From Pelagomonas calceolata (lineage: Eukaryota), in assembly GCA_918797485.1 (NCBI GenBank), contig CAKKNE010000001.1:2542001-2606000 (forward strand): DNA of 64,000 bases, written 5' to 3'. The position numbers and the translations under genes are program-made. Each line of letters opens with the position of its first letter. Positions within the stretch are counted from its first letter, which is position 1. The notes beneath the pieces were generated by a model. The model was not told the origin of the DNA. It worked only from the letters and a program-made list of their open reading frames with translations, and ran no database searches. This document shows, in pieces, positions 28,393 to 38,944 of this stretch.

Positions 28393-28809
28393 TTACTCGT
28401 TCCCGTCGCCCACGGGCTTCACGGCCGCCACCAGCCCCGACTCCTTCATCTGCGTGCAGTAGTTCTCGGCGACCTCGAACTGGTAGACGCCGACGACGGC
28501 CATGCCGGCCTGGTGCGCCGTCATCATGCAGTCGTAGGCCTCGCCCTCGCTCAGCGCGACCTTGGTGCAGAGCACGCGGCTCACGTACTCGCGCGTGTTC
28601 ACGGGGTCGTCAAAGAGCAGCAGCTCGTGCTTGCCCTTGCCGCCGCCCGTGTTCTCCTTGTTCTTGGGGTCGCCGCCGGCCAGCTTTGGCTTGCGCGTCG
28701 GCGCGTCGATCGTCGTCGAGGGCCGTATGGTTTTTTGAAGGGCTTGCCGCGGCGCGGGCACGAGGGCGCCCACGACGACGCAGGAGAGGAGGAGAGCGGC
28801 GCGGCGCAT
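28393..28809 (-). CDS. clpS: ClpS N-degron adaptor, plastid-targeted
   Basis: LLLFDDPVNTREYVSRVL...AYDCMMTAHQAGMAVV...EVAENYC, with a bipartite presequence. Confidence 0.88.
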   Translation of the reverse strand: MRRAALLLSCVVVGALVPAPRQALQKTIRPSTTIDAPTRKPKLAGGDPKNKENTGGGKGKHELLLFDDPVNTREYVSRVLCTKVALSEGEAYDCMMTAHQAGMAVVGVYQFEVAENYCTQMKESGLVAAVKPVGDGNE

Positions 28810-29754
28810 GGCTAGCTCCGGTCCTACCGTGCGCGTGGCAGCGCTGCACCGAGCGCTGCGTATGGCGTCTGGGGCCGGTGTTGCGCGGCGGAAAAGTATC
28901 GAGGCTCGCGTTCGGAGCACGACGACCTCTTGTCTTGAAGACAGTGCTTATGGACAGTGCTTATGGACAAGGCCTGGGAGGCCTAGCCTAGCCTAGCCTC
29001 AGCTTAACCGACGGGTTTTTGCGCGCGGTCTTGCGGGACCCCTCCCCGCCCCAGGGGACTCGTCGCAGAGGTCGTGCAGCGATGTGCGGGAAAAAAAAGG
29101 GAACCGCCGCCGCACAACCTTGGGTCTGCTGAACGCGGACGCGAAGGCGCTTTGCTTGAGACCCGACCCAGAGCTAGTCAAGGTATTCGGGATCCCGCAG
29201 CGCCGCCGCTCCGTGGAGTCGTGCCCGAGTGCCGCCGCCAAGACAGCCCCCGTAGCCTAGTGATCCTCGTCGCCGCGCGCACGAGAACCCGACGGGGAGT
29301 CGCGAAAAACACACCCGCCGGGCGTCCCGCACGACATGACAACGGGCCCGGGCGGGTCACGTCAAGGAAGGAGCTTGAATTGCTGGGGTGAGTCAACATC
29401 GCCAATGAAGGCCCGTCGACCCGTTGAATTGCGAGGAGCCCGATCGCCGAATCCGTAGTCGGCAACCGCGTCGTCACGAGTACGCGGATGGCTTACAGAG
29501 CTCAAGTCAACGGCGAGGCGGCCTGCAGGGAGCTCGCCCGCGCGTTGGTGGCGGCTGCCGAGAGACGAGGCCTACTTTTCGTCGAGAAGGTGCGGACGTT
29601 GCAAATGATGCGGGACCGGCCTTTTTCCCAGGAGGTATGCGCGACTGGAACGCGGAGGAGTCCGACGAAGCGGCCGAGGCGGAGGAGGACGGGTATTAAG
29701 TGTTGGTTTTTACTTAAAAAAAAAAGTTGTCGTCGCGTGCTGAGATCCTACCTG

Positions 29755-30369
29755 ATGGCCGACGCCCCCCTCTACACGAGCACGCGGGAGCGGCGGCGCC
29801 AGACGGACCTGGCGGACTTTTATGCCCTGCTCAAGGCCAGCGAGGCCGTGGAGAAGGCGTACGCGCGGGGCGCCGTGTCCGCGGCCGACTACGAGACGGC
29901 GTGCAGCCAGCTCATGGCCCAGTTCCGCGCGAGCGAGGCCGCGCTGACGGGCGACGGCACGATCGCGAGCACCGAGGCGTTCTTCGCGCAGTGGCGCGTC
30001 GACTGCCCGCGCGCGCGCGACCGGCTGCTGCGCGTGGGCGCGCCGGCGACGCACCTGCAGAAGGGCGACGCGGTCGACGCGGCGCGCGTCGCCGAGTGCG
30101 TCCAGCACTTCATCACGGCCATGGACGCGCTGCGCCTCGACCAGCGCGCGGTCGACGAGGTGCAGCCCCTCGTCGCGGACCTCGCGGCGGCGCTCAGCCG
30201 CGTCGCCGCGCCCTGCCCCGGCGGGCGGGCGTCGTTGGAACGGTGGCTCGTCGCGCTGAACGGCATGCGCGCGGCCGAGGAGATCGACGACGCGCAGGCG
30301 CGCCAGCTCGCGTTCGACCTCGACGCGGCGTACGCCGAGTTCCACCGGGGCCTAAAGGACGCGTCCTGA
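29755..30369 (+). CDS. VPS28: ESCRT-I subunit VPS28
   Basis: Motifs LADFYALLKASEAVEKAY, CSQLMAQF, VAECVQHFITAMDALRL, QARQLAFDLDAAYAEF. Confidence 0.93.
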   Translation: MADAPLYTSTRERRRQTDLADFYALLKASEAVEKAYARGAVSAADYETACSQLMAQFRASEAALTGDGTIASTEAFFAQWRVDCPRARDRLLRVGAPATHLQKGDAVDAARVAECVQHFITAMDALRLDQRAVDEVQPLVADLAAALSRVAAPCPGGRASLERWLVALNGMRAAEEIDDAQARQLAFDLDAAYAEFHRGLKDAS

Positions 30370-30376
30370 GGTCATA

Positions 30377-32344
30377 TTAGATCGGTCCCTTGTACCCCCA
30401 GTCGCCCTTCTCGGGCGGCATGCGCAGGTCGTCGTCGTCGTCGGGCCCGAGGTCCGCGCCCGCGAGGGCCGACCAGACCATGATGCCCGGCTTGAACGCC
30501 GCGTCGAGGAGCGGGTTCGGGTAGAAGACCGCGTCGTCCCGCCGCATGTCGTCCATGAGCGCGAGCGCCTCGCGCCAGCAGCCGGCGGCCTCCGCCGCGC
30601 GCACGACGCGCGCCATGGCGGTCTGCGCCGGCGGCCGCTCGCCCCGGCTCCGGCGGTCGCGCGCGACGCCCCAGGCCCGGCGCCAGTCCCCCGCGTCCGC
30701 GAGCAGCTCGACGAGCGCGTCCACCACGCGGCCACCGACGTCGACGTCGCGGCGCCGCGCCTCGGCGTAGAGCGCCGCGGCGTCGCCGCCCCGCTGGCAC
30801 CGCGCCGCCGCGACCATGGAGTTCGTCCAGACGCCCGCCGGGATGTCCAGCTCCGCGTGGCGCCGCGCGCACGCCAGCAGGTGGTGCGCGGCGTCCGGCT
30901 GGCCGCAGCGCGACAGCGCCGCGACGAACGCGAGCGCCACGCGCGGCTGGGCCCCGAGGCCGTCGTCCGCCGCCGTCCGCCGGACGCGCCGCGCGCGCCG
31001 GTGGTCCCGCGCCGACCCGCAGGCGAACAGGCAGAACGCGTACGCGTGCGGCGACGCCGCGCGCGCCGCGCGGCAGGCCCGGAGCCGCCGCTCCGCCCGC
31101 GCCGCGTCCGCGCCGCAGGCCTTGACGGCCAGGGCCCAGGCCCGGGGCCCGAGGGCGACCTCCCGCTCCCCGGCCCGCTGCACGAGGCCGCCGGACGTGT
31201 CCGCGTCGAGCTCGCGCGCGCACGCGGCGATCGCCGCCGCGTAGCCCGCGTCGTGGGCCAGGCCCCGGGCCTCCATGTCGTCGACGAGCACCAGCGCGTC
31301 GCCGACGCCGCCGCGCGCCGCGCAGCCCTCCAGCAGCGACGCCAACAAATTCATCTGGTTCTGCTCCGCGCGCCGGTCGACGCGGCCCGTTCCATTAAAA
31401 CTGCGCGGCCGCAGCACGCCGTGGCGCTCCGCGTCGCGCAGGAGGCGGCGGGCGTCGTCCAGGTCCAGGCCCCCCCGCGGCGCGAACGCCGCGGCGTACG
31501 CGCTGTACGCGAAGGCGTCGGGCCGGTCCCTTGTAATACCACCGTCCGCGTCCCGCCGCCAGGCGTGCCAGAGCTCGTGCGCGCGCCGCGCGCCGTGCCT
31601 CGCTAATCTACAAGCCTGGAGCGCCGCCGTGCGCGCGAGGCCGTCCGGCGCATCTAAGTGAGCAGACGCCGCGTGCGCGTCGTAGACGCGGAGGAGGGCC
31701 TCCCAGTCCCGGGCCTCGCGGCAGCAGGCCACGGCCGTCTGGAAGCCGCGCGCGTCGCCGCACTCGGCGGCGACGGCCTCGGCCGTCCGACTATGCCCGC
31801 GGGCCCGCTCGACGTCGCCCGCGAGCGTCGCGTCGCGCGCCGCCTGGGTCAGGGCCCGCAGCCGCGCGTGCCGCGACCGCGCGTTCTCCTTGAACGCCGC
31901 CGCCGCGTAGAGCGAGAGCGCGTCGTCGCCGCGGCCCGCGCGCGCGAGCGCGTCGACGACGATGGTGTGGTGCACGACGTTGCCGCCCCCGGGCACGGCG
32001 CGGAGCGTCGCCAGGCACGCGTCGGCGTCGCCGACGCGCGCGAGGCCGTCGAGGAGGATGCCCCAGCTCCGGTCGTTGGGCTCGTGGTGCCGCCTCAGGG
32101 CACGCCACTCGCGGCGCAGGCCGGCGGCGTCGCGCGCCTTCGCGCGGCGCCGCAGGTGCTCGTTGCACTCGCCGATCTTCGGCGGCTTCGCCGGTGCCGG
32201 CGGGGCGCGCGCGCCGACCGCCTCCCGCGGGGCCGCCGGCGCGGCATCTCTCGTCGCGCGCCGCGGCGTCACCGGCGTCGCGCGGCGCCGCACGGCCCAC
32301 GGCTGCGTGGCGCGGACGCTGAGGAGCGCTAGCAGCAGCCGCAT
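30377..32344 (-). CDS. Pentatricopeptide repeat protein, organelle-targeted
   Basis: PPR-like units: PNDRSWGILLDGLARVG, NVVHHTIVVDALARAGRGDDAL, AGYAAAIAACAR, VWTNSMVAAARC. N-terminal signal. Confidence 0.8.
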   Translation of the reverse strand: MRLLLALLSVRATQPWAVRRRATPVTPRRATRDAAPAAPREAVGARAPPAPAKPPKIGECNEHLRRRAKARDAAGLRREWRALRRHHEPNDRSWGILLDGLARVGDADACLATLRAVPGGGNVVHHTIVVDALARAGRGDDALSLYAAAAFKENARSRHARLRALTQAARDATLAGDVERARGHSRTAEAVAAECGDARGFQTAVACCREARDWEALLRVYDAHAASAHLDAPDGLARTAALQACRLARHGARRAHELWHAWRRDADGGITRDRPDAFAYSAYAAAFAPRGGLDLDDARRLLRDAERHGVLRPRSFNGTGRVDRRAEQNQMNLLASLLEGCAARGGVGDALVLVDDMEARGLAHDAGYAAAIAACARELDADTSGGLVQRAGEREVALGPRAWALAVKACGADAARAERRLRACRAARAASPHAYAFCLFACGSARDHRRARRVRRTAADDGLGAQPRVALAFVAALSRCGQPDAAHHLLACARRHAELDIPAGVWTNSMVAAARCQRGGDAAALYAEARRRDVDVGGRVVDALVELLADAGDWRRAWGVARDRRSRGERPPAQTAMARVVRAAEAAGCWREALALMDDMRRDDAVFYPNPLLDAAFKPGIMVWSALAGADLGPDDDDDLRMPPEKGDWGYKGPI

Positions 32345-32773
32345 GAGTGATCACCGCACACCGCGACTTGAGATGTGGAGCGTCGAGTGGCGGCCATGGT
32401 TCGCGCTTGGACAGCTTCTTCAGGTGTGCTATTAACCCCGCGGGCACGTTGTAGTGAGCCCTGCCCGGGAGGCTGGCCTATTACAAAGCTGTGACCAAGA
32501 CGCTTGTGAGTGCGGGTTCGATTCGTCCGGAGAGAGCTCTGTGGGCCGGGGCTCCGGCGCATGAGTACTCCTCATATTTTGCACGGGTTTTGCAAGCCTC
32601 GCTTTTGCATACTTGCGGGCCATTAGAGCTGCTCCGGTTACGCTAGTGGGACGCGCAGCGAAAGCGGCCCGTCGAGGCTTGACGCCAGCCAGCTGCGCGC
32701 GCCCCGCCGGCGAGAGGCCTGCTTCGGCTGCAGCGTCGCCGCCCCGCGCGCGCGGGCGGCGCAGGAGCGAACC

Positions 32774-33115
32774 ATGAAGCTCGTGCGCTTCCTCATGAAG
32801 CTGAACAACGAGAGCGTCACGATCGAGCTGAAGAACGGCACCGTCGTGCAGGGCACGGTGCACGGCGTCGACGTCTCGATGAACACGTTCCTGCGGAACG
32901 TCGCGCTGACGCCCAAGGGCAAGAACCAGGTGAAGTACGACGCGCTGAGCGTCCGCGGGTCGACGATCCGCTACTACATCCTGCCGGACTCGCTGAACCT
33001 CGACGCGCTCCTCGTCGACGACGGCCCGAAGAAGAAGGGCGGCGGCGACGCCGCGCGGAGCGTCGGGCGGGGCCGGGGGCGCGGCCGCGGCCGCGGCCGC
33101 GGCCGCGGGCGGTGA
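32774..33115 (+). CDS. SNRPD1: Small nuclear ribonucleoprotein Sm D1
   Basis: [28 protein letters not shown]...[20 protein letters not shown], with a GR-repeat tail. Confidence 0.97.
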   Translation: MKLVRFLMKLNNESVTIELKNGTVVQGTVHGVDVSMNTFLRNVALTPKGKNQVKYDALSVRGSTIRYYILPDSLNLDALLVDDGPKKKGGGDAARSVGRGRGRGRGRGRGRGR

Positions 33116-33271
33116 GGCGCGGACGGACCGCGGCGCGGGGTCCGTAACGTATTTCCGCATATCCCGGCGACGGGCCGCGCCAAGCCTGGGGTTATTCCAG
33201 TTAGAGTTGGGGGGGTTCAGCGTTCGGGCGGGGGGACAGGGGAGGGACAAGGGGGGAAGGAGGCCACGGGC

Positions 33272-34549
33272 TCACTTCTTCCGCGCGAGGAAGAAGTAGG
33301 ACGGCGTGAAGATCTCGTCCTTGCCGCCCTCGACGAGGTCGATGGCCGTGGCGTTGAGCATGGCGCTCACGTGCGACGTGCCCTTGGGCGCGACGCGCAG
33401 GAACTCCAGCGAGCTGACCATGGCGTGCGTGCACGCGCGGCCGAGGCGCGTCATGCGGAAGCCGCTCAGCGACATCTTGCCGTCGAGCGTGTCGTACCAG
33501 GGGATCTCCGTCGGCGCGTGGGCGTTGGCGTTGGCGTCGCCGTGCTCGAGCACCTCGAAGCCCGCCGCCTCGAGCGCCGCGACGACGTCCGCCGGCGTCG
33601 CGAGCGTCGGGAGGCCGTTGCCGATCTCGATGCCCTCCTTGATCGCGACGTGGCGCGCGTTCTTGGCGTCGTAGCCCCGCTCCGGGAGGACGACCCACTC
33701 GTAGCCCGCGAAGAGGCCGCCCTTTTTCAAGCAGCGCGCGACCTCGGAGAAGCACCGGACCTTGTCCGGCGAGTGGCACGTGGCCTCAATTTCATAAGCC
33801 ACGTCGAACCTCGCCGTCCAGTCCTGGCCCCGGTAGTCGATGCCCTCCCAGAGCTTGTGTTTTTCGTCCGCCTGAAACCCGGGCAGGTTCTGGAAGTCGC
33901 CTCTGGTGAGATGCGCCGTCGCCTTCAAACCCTGCTGCTCGCAGTACTTGTTGCCGACCTTGACCTGGTACTCGTTGATGGTGATGCCCTCAATGGTCGC
34001 GCCCGAGAAGACGGCCATGTTTCGCATCGGCCCGCCGACGCCGCAGCCCACGTCCAATGCCTTCACGCCGGGCTTCATGTTGAGGCGCGAACAGAGGTAG
34101 TACTCGGCGCGCTTGATGGACTCGAGGAAGGTCTCGCCCTTGTAGCGCGGCGCGAAGTGGAAGGACTGGCACCAGCCGTACTCGTAGAAGTCCGTCACAA
34201 GATCATAAAAGTTGTTGACCATGGTGCGGTAGCCCTCCCTCCGCTTGTCGATGGACGCTTGCGTGGTCACGGCGCCGTCTCCTTCTAATCCGTTGCCCGA
34301 GTGCTTGCCCGTCTTGCCTTCAAATAAGTCCGCGTACGCGCCCATCGAGCCCGCGACCTGGTCGCGCCGCAGGACGGAGTCCTTGTTCGCGAGCATGTTC
34401 ACGCCGGCGGCGAGCTGGCCGTCGAAGGACGCGCCCGTGCCGCCGCTCGCGTCGCGGTCGAGGCCCCGGCGCTTGCTGTAGAGCATGTAGGCCCCGGTCG
34501 CGCCGGCGAGCGACGCCGCGACGGCGGGGAGGGCGCTGGCCGCGTCCAT
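33272..34549 (-). CDS. SMT1: Sterol C24-methyltransferase
   Basis: Motifs FYDLVTDFYEYGWCQSFHFAP, LDVGCGVGGP, YEIEATCHSP, IEIGNGLP, FTPSYFFLARK. Confidence 0.93.
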   Translation of the reverse strand: MDAASALPAVAASLAGATGAYMLYSKRRGLDRDASGGTGASFDGQLAAGVNMLANKDSVLRRDQVAGSMGAYADLFEGKTGKHSGNGLEGDGAVTTQASIDKRREGYRTMVNNFYDLVTDFYEYGWCQSFHFAPRYKGETFLESIKRAEYYLCSRLNMKPGVKALDVGCGVGGPMRNMAVFSGATIEGITINEYQVKVGNKYCEQQGLKATAHLTRGDFQNLPGFQADEKHKLWEGIDYRGQDWTARFDVAYEIEATCHSPDKVRCFSEVARCLKKGGLFAGYEWVVLPERGYDAKNARHVAIKEGIEIGNGLPTLATPADVVAALEAAGFEVLEHGDANANAHAPTEIPWYDTLDGKMSLSGFRMTRLGRACTHAMVSSLEFLRVAPKGTSHVSAMLNATAIDLVEGGKDEIFTPSYFFLARKK

Positions 34550-34582
34550 ATTTGGTGTCTGTAGCTGCCGATATTGTACGTG

Positions 34583-34607
34583 GCTAGCGCTGCCCGTAAG
34601 ACACTAG
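34583..34607 (+). promoter_or_regulatory. Bipartite CTAG promoter motif
   Basis: GCTAGCgctgcccGTAAGACACTAG, 34 bp from the SMT1 ATG. Confidence 0.6.
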
Positions 34608-35050
34608 GCCTATGGGCCAAGACAGGGGCAAAAAAAACAGGGTAGCAGCATCCCGAGTTTTGTAGAAGCTCCCCAGGAGATGGTGGTTGGGGGTAGTGAT
34701 AGTGGGGTAGTCCCCCCTAGTAGGGGGCGTAGTGGGGGGTCGAGCCACAGCAGAGGCAAGCCGCAGGTCGACTTGCGTGACTGCCATCTGTTCCTGTCCG
34801 TAGAGTAGTCCTCTCGCCGCGCCTCTGACCGCGGTACTCATCGAGTCGACGTTACGCTGGTCGCGGGCCTGCCGCGGGCCAAAAAGGGGGGGGTAAAACG
34901 GAGCTAGTGGGATTTTTCTAACCCCATTTTTTTTCCAGGGACCCCTGCAGAGGTGTGGTAGGTAGTGGCATGCTGCCGGGGGTAGTCCTCCCCGCCCTGC
35001 TCCTGGGAATCTGGGATGGGCCACTTTCGAATATCTTCGGGGGGGGGGGG

Positions 35051-35191
35051 CGAGGCGGTCTGCTTAGAAGGAGGTACGCTGTTATGAAAGACGCGGCACG
35101 CGCCCGCCGCCGATGAATCGGCGACGCGCGGTGTCTCCCCCCCCCCCCGCCCTGGGCAGGGGCTCCGCCCACTAGTCCTAGCACCGTAACA
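35051..35191 (+). repeat. Dispersed repeat family A, full copy
   Basis: Near-identical to the reverse complement of 45373-45512 over about 135 bp. Confidence 0.9.
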
Positions 35192-35276
35192 ATACCGTAG
35201 CAGTATAACGTCAGAGGGTTGTAATGAGACGCGTACTGGGCCTGCCAGTGGAGTCCGGGACGCGACCTTTGCGACT

Positions 35277-37100
35277 TTACGAATACACCAGCCCCTCGTC
35301 CCAGGCGACGACCTCCGTGGCGTCGTGGCGCGCGCCCGTCGGGTCGAAGCGCTCCCAGGGCTCCGCCGCCGAGACGCCCTTGCGGAACCAGAGCGTGAGC
35401 ACCCACTTGTCCCCCTCGACGACGGGGCAGCCCGAGTGCAGCGTGTGGCCCACGTCCATGCGGCCGCTCGCCGCGTCGAGGTAGCTGAAGAAGACCGCGT
35501 CCCCGGCCCGGGGCGCGACGGCGACGCGCGCGTTGGCGAACGTCGTCGCGCCGCCCCTCGCGGGCGCGCGGCAGTAGAGGAGCAGCGTCGCGACGCGGCC
35601 GCCGGCCTGGTGCGGGCTGCCCTCGCACTGGCCGTCGCAGTGCGGCAGGTACTCGTCCGGCGGCCCCGCGCCCGCGACGGACCCGTTGTAGTGGATCACG
35701 GAGAACGGCTCCTGGCCGGCCTCGCCGTCCAGGTCGTAGTCCGTGAGGGCGTTCGCCAGCGCGAACGCGCGCCGCCAGAGCTTGGTGGGCGCCGAGTCGT
35801 GCCTCCCCAGGTCGGGCACGAGGTTCGCCGCGTGCGCGCGCCGCGACGTGGACTTCGCGGCCTTGTTCGCCTCCTCGTTCACGGTCGCCGGCGCCATGCG
35901 CGGCGCCGCGTCGGCGACGGCGTCGCGGCACTCGGCCGCCGCCGCGAAGCCCTCGACGTGGTAGATCGCCGCGGCCGCGGAGGGCGCCGCGAGCGTCGCG
36001 ACGCGCAGCGGGCGGTCGAGGTCGAGAGTCGTGGTCGCCGCCCCCACAGCCGGCGCGAGCGGGTTCGTCCCGTCGGCCTCGTACGCCGCGCACGTGCGAT
36101 TGCGGAGCGCGTCGTGGAACCGCGCGAGCCCGTTGAGCTCGGCCGACGTCGCCGCGACGTAGCGCGCGCCCGCCGCCTCGACGCGGTCGACGGCGCACGC
36201 GGCCCACGCGTCGCGGCGCTGGGCCCGCCGCGCGACGGCGGCCGTCGCCTCTGGGGCGTGGTCCGCCCAGAGCTCGCAGCTCCGCCCGCAGCTCGCGAGC
36301 ATGTAGTCGGGGTTCGCGGCGCACTCGCCGACGGCCGCCCAGCGCCCGCAGCTCGCGTGGCCGTCCCCGCGCAGGGCCTCGCGGGACGCCCGCGCCGCCA
36401 GGGCCTCGCGCGACGCGCAGGTGTCGTCGCGGGCCGCGCCCCACCCCGCCAGCAGCGCCTCGAGCGCCGCCGCCGTCGCGCCGCGCGGCGCGCCGGGCTC
36501 CGCGACGAGCTCGCCGCACGGCGCCAGGTCCAGGGGGCGCTCCTCGAAGGGCCAGCCGCCCGGCGGCGGCGCCGGCTCCTCCGGGCGGTCGCCGCCGAGG
36601 CGCCGCACGTCCTCGATCGCGCGCTCCCGCAGCGCCCGCTCCGCCGTCCACGCGGCGCGCCAGCCGGCGACGGCGCCGCGGAGGGCCTCGACCGGGTCGC
36701 GCGCGCGCAGCGCCCCGGCGACGGCCTCGCGCGCGCGGTAGCGCGCGTTGTGGACCGTCAGCCGCAGGTCGCCGTCGACGACCACGAGGTCGTTCGTCGG
36801 GCCCACCTCCAGGACCGCGTCCGTCGCCCGGGGCTCGTAGGGCACGTCGGCGAGCCGCGCCTTCCGCCGCAGCCGCCGGATCACGAAGCGGTGGCCCCGG
36901 AACGAGTTGATCTCCACCGACGACGTGTGCCGCACGGCGACGGCCGACTGCGCGACGAGCTGCCGCCCGCGGTGGTCGATCCACCACAGCCCGATGAAGC
37001 CGCCGCTCAGGTTGCGCACCGAGAACTTGCTCACGGCCGGGTCGTCGGTCGCTCCAGAAGCCAGCGCGGAAGCCAGGCACACAAGGGCCGCCCCCAGCAT
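35277..37100 (-). CDS. Secretory prolyl 4-hydroxylase-like Fe(II)/2OG dioxygenase with VHL-like and ShKT domains
   Basis: Signal peptide; VHL-beta-like FSVRNLS...LWWID...INSFRGHRFVIR; ShKT CGRWAAVGECAANPDYMLASCGRSC; HxD (PHCD), RVATLLLY, GGATTF, LHSGCPVVEGDKW. Confidence 0.88.
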   Translation of the reverse strand: MLGAALVCLASALASGATDDPAVSKFSVRNLSGGFIGLWWIDHRGRQLVAQSAVAVRHTSSVEINSFRGHRFVIRRLRRKARLADVPYEPRATDAVLEVGPTNDLVVVDGDLRLTVHNARYRAREAVAGALRARDPVEALRGAVAGWRAAWTAERALRERAIEDVRRLGGDRPEEPAPPPGGWPFEERPLDLAPCGELVAEPGAPRGATAAALEALLAGWGAARDDTCASREALAARASREALRGDGHASCGRWAAVGECAANPDYMLASCGRSCELWADHAPEATAAVARRAQRRDAWAACAVDRVEAAGARYVAATSAELNGLARFHDALRNRTCAAYEADGTNPLAPAVGAATTTLDLDRPLRVATLAAPSAAAAIYHVEGFAAAAECRDAVADAAPRMAPATVNEEANKAAKSTSRRAHAANLVPDLGRHDSAPTKLWRRAFALANALTDYDLDGEAGQEPFSVIHYNGSVAGAGPPDEYLPHCDGQCEGSPHQAGGRVATLLLYCRAPARGGATTFANARVAVAPRAGDAVFFSYLDAASGRMDVGHTLHSGCPVVEGDKWVLTLWFRKGVSAAEPWERFDPTGARHDATEVVAWDEGLVYS

Positions 37101-38447
37101 GATGCGGCTGGGCTGAGTTGTTTTCAGTGTATTCGCGGCATCGATGCTTGGTCCAATTGCCAGCAACCTCGCAACCTTGGGCAGCCTCGATCGATACTCA
37201 CACTACTTATTTTGGCCCTGTGTCCAGAGAGCCCAGGACCGGCATTGGGATTAATTGCTCCAATCTCATACCCTTCCAGAGCTCTCCAATCTCCAATGTA
37301 CCCCTAAAATGACGTCCCAATCTCCAATCTCCCAAAAACGCTAAAACGGGTTTCTAGTGTGTCGATACGCTAGATCGCTATGTCTTGCGGCTCGCCAAAA
37401 TACACCAGCGATTGACGGTGCCTTCTACCGTCCAAATGGTACATCATATCAACTCCAGCCCAGTTTTCATACACAATCGACGGAACCGGAGCCGACGGCC
37501 CGCGCTCGGAGGGCGGGAGAAGAGTTCTACTAGACAACTCTCGAGTTTATGTTCGTTTCCTTCCGTTTGTTAGTGGTAGAGTCCATCTTAACCGCCTCGC
37601 CGAGACTGAGCTATGTTAGATGTTCCGTTGGAGCCGCACGAAACTGCGATTCGGCGGCCCTACGTTTACCTAAAAACAGGCAACTACTCCAGACCCGCGA
37701 CTATCAGCGACGCCACCATCCAGATGGACCATAACGCCGTTATTCTATTCACGATCGACCGACTTGCCCGTTCTCCGCGGGCAACGGTGCGTACGCGGGG
37801 CACTGGAAAGGCCCCAGACCCGTGAGTTATGAAATAAAATTGCGTTTCAGGCGCTTCGGTTCCGGGACGGGCCAGCCAACCGGCCTGAATGTCTACTACA
37901 TGGGGTCGGCCGCCGCCGCGCACGCACGACGCCACGCTTACGGTAGGACGCGCAGGTAAACTTCGGCGTCCCCTGAATATTCGAGGGCACGCACCATTGA
38001 ATCTCTCAAAAATATTGTAAAAAATGATGCAGTAACTTTGCTGATCAATGGTTCGGACAGATGTGTCTGATGTTGGTCAGTCAACTGGTCCCCGCGGTTC
38101 GCGCGCGCGCGTCTCCGCCACATCACTCTTGTTTGCCCTGGGGATTTTTGTCAGGGGAGGATATCGACCGAACCGTCCTCTGGTATCAAGAGAACGACGC
38201 CGTGGCGGCATAAGCGCGCGCTAGGGTACCGGCTCCTTAGCTTGGCCTTAATTTACCTTTTATGCTAGCACCCCCAGCAGAGCGAGACGTGCCGCGCCGC
38301 GCGCACGCCACGAGCATTTTACCGAGCGTGCCGGAGCCTGTTCGTGCGCCGCGGCCCTACCAAAACCTCCGCGGCGTCCGCAGCCCGCCAGGGTGCTTGG
38401 TGCTGCTTAACAAGAGGAGCGTCCTGCGCTGGGTGCTGAACCGCGCC

Positions 38448-38915
38448 ATGGGCCTCACGTTCTCCGAGCCGCTCGAAAAGGTGTTTGGGGGGATTGTCGT
38501 CGTTTTCTGCGCGGCCGCCGCCGTCACGTACCGCGCGCAGCGGCGGCGGCCCCCCGCCAAGGCGAAGCGGCGGGCCGGCGCCGCGCGGCCGAGCTCGGCG
38601 AAGCGGAAGAAGGGCGCTTCTGCGAAGCCGCCGCCGGACGACGCGCGCGCGAGCGCGGGCGCGCCCGCCGCGCCGCCCGCGCCGACGGCGGACCAGGCGA
38701 CGTCGCCGATGCCGCCGGCGCGGCGCGAGGCCGCCGAGGAGTCCAAGGCGACCGGCGAGCAGCCCGACGGCCGGACGCTCGTGGACGGCGTCGACCTCGC
38801 GGACATTGTCGACGTGGACCTCGAGCCGCCGCAGCACACGGACTGGGAGCCCGTCGCCGCGCCGCGCCGGCGCAAGGGGAAGGGCTCCGGCGCCTCGCCG
38901 CCGCGCGACGCGTGA
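38448..38915 (+). CDS. Small single-pass membrane protein, hypothetical
   Basis: MGLTFSEPLEKVFGGIVVVFCAAAAVTY (TM) followed by a basic/acidic tail. Confidence 0.5.
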   Translation: MGLTFSEPLEKVFGGIVVVFCAAAAVTYRAQRRRPPAKAKRRAGAARPSSAKRKKGASAKPPPDDARASAGAPAAPPAPTADQATSPMPPARREAAEESKATGEQPDGRTLVDGVDLADIVDVDLEPPQHTDWEPVAAPRRRKGKGSGASPPRDA

Positions 38916-38944
38916 GGGGGGCCCCCGATAACACACCCCCCAGA

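Noticed and set aside
29488..29754. N-terminal extension of the VPS28 ORF
   Set aside because: It crosses a T/A-rich non-coding tract, and VPS28 homology starts at ATG 29755. The upstream part may be an unrelated remnant but cannot be supported.
35161..35176. Family A hairpin plus CTAGT as a Helitron 3' terminus
   Set aside because: Homology among copies continues about 15 bp past CTAG (CCTAGCACCGTAACA), so CTAG is not the element end.
37170..38260. 1.1-kb lower-GC region as a gene or transposon
   Set aside because: Only short ORFs without motifs; no TIRs, LTRs or RNA-gene structure that I could verify.
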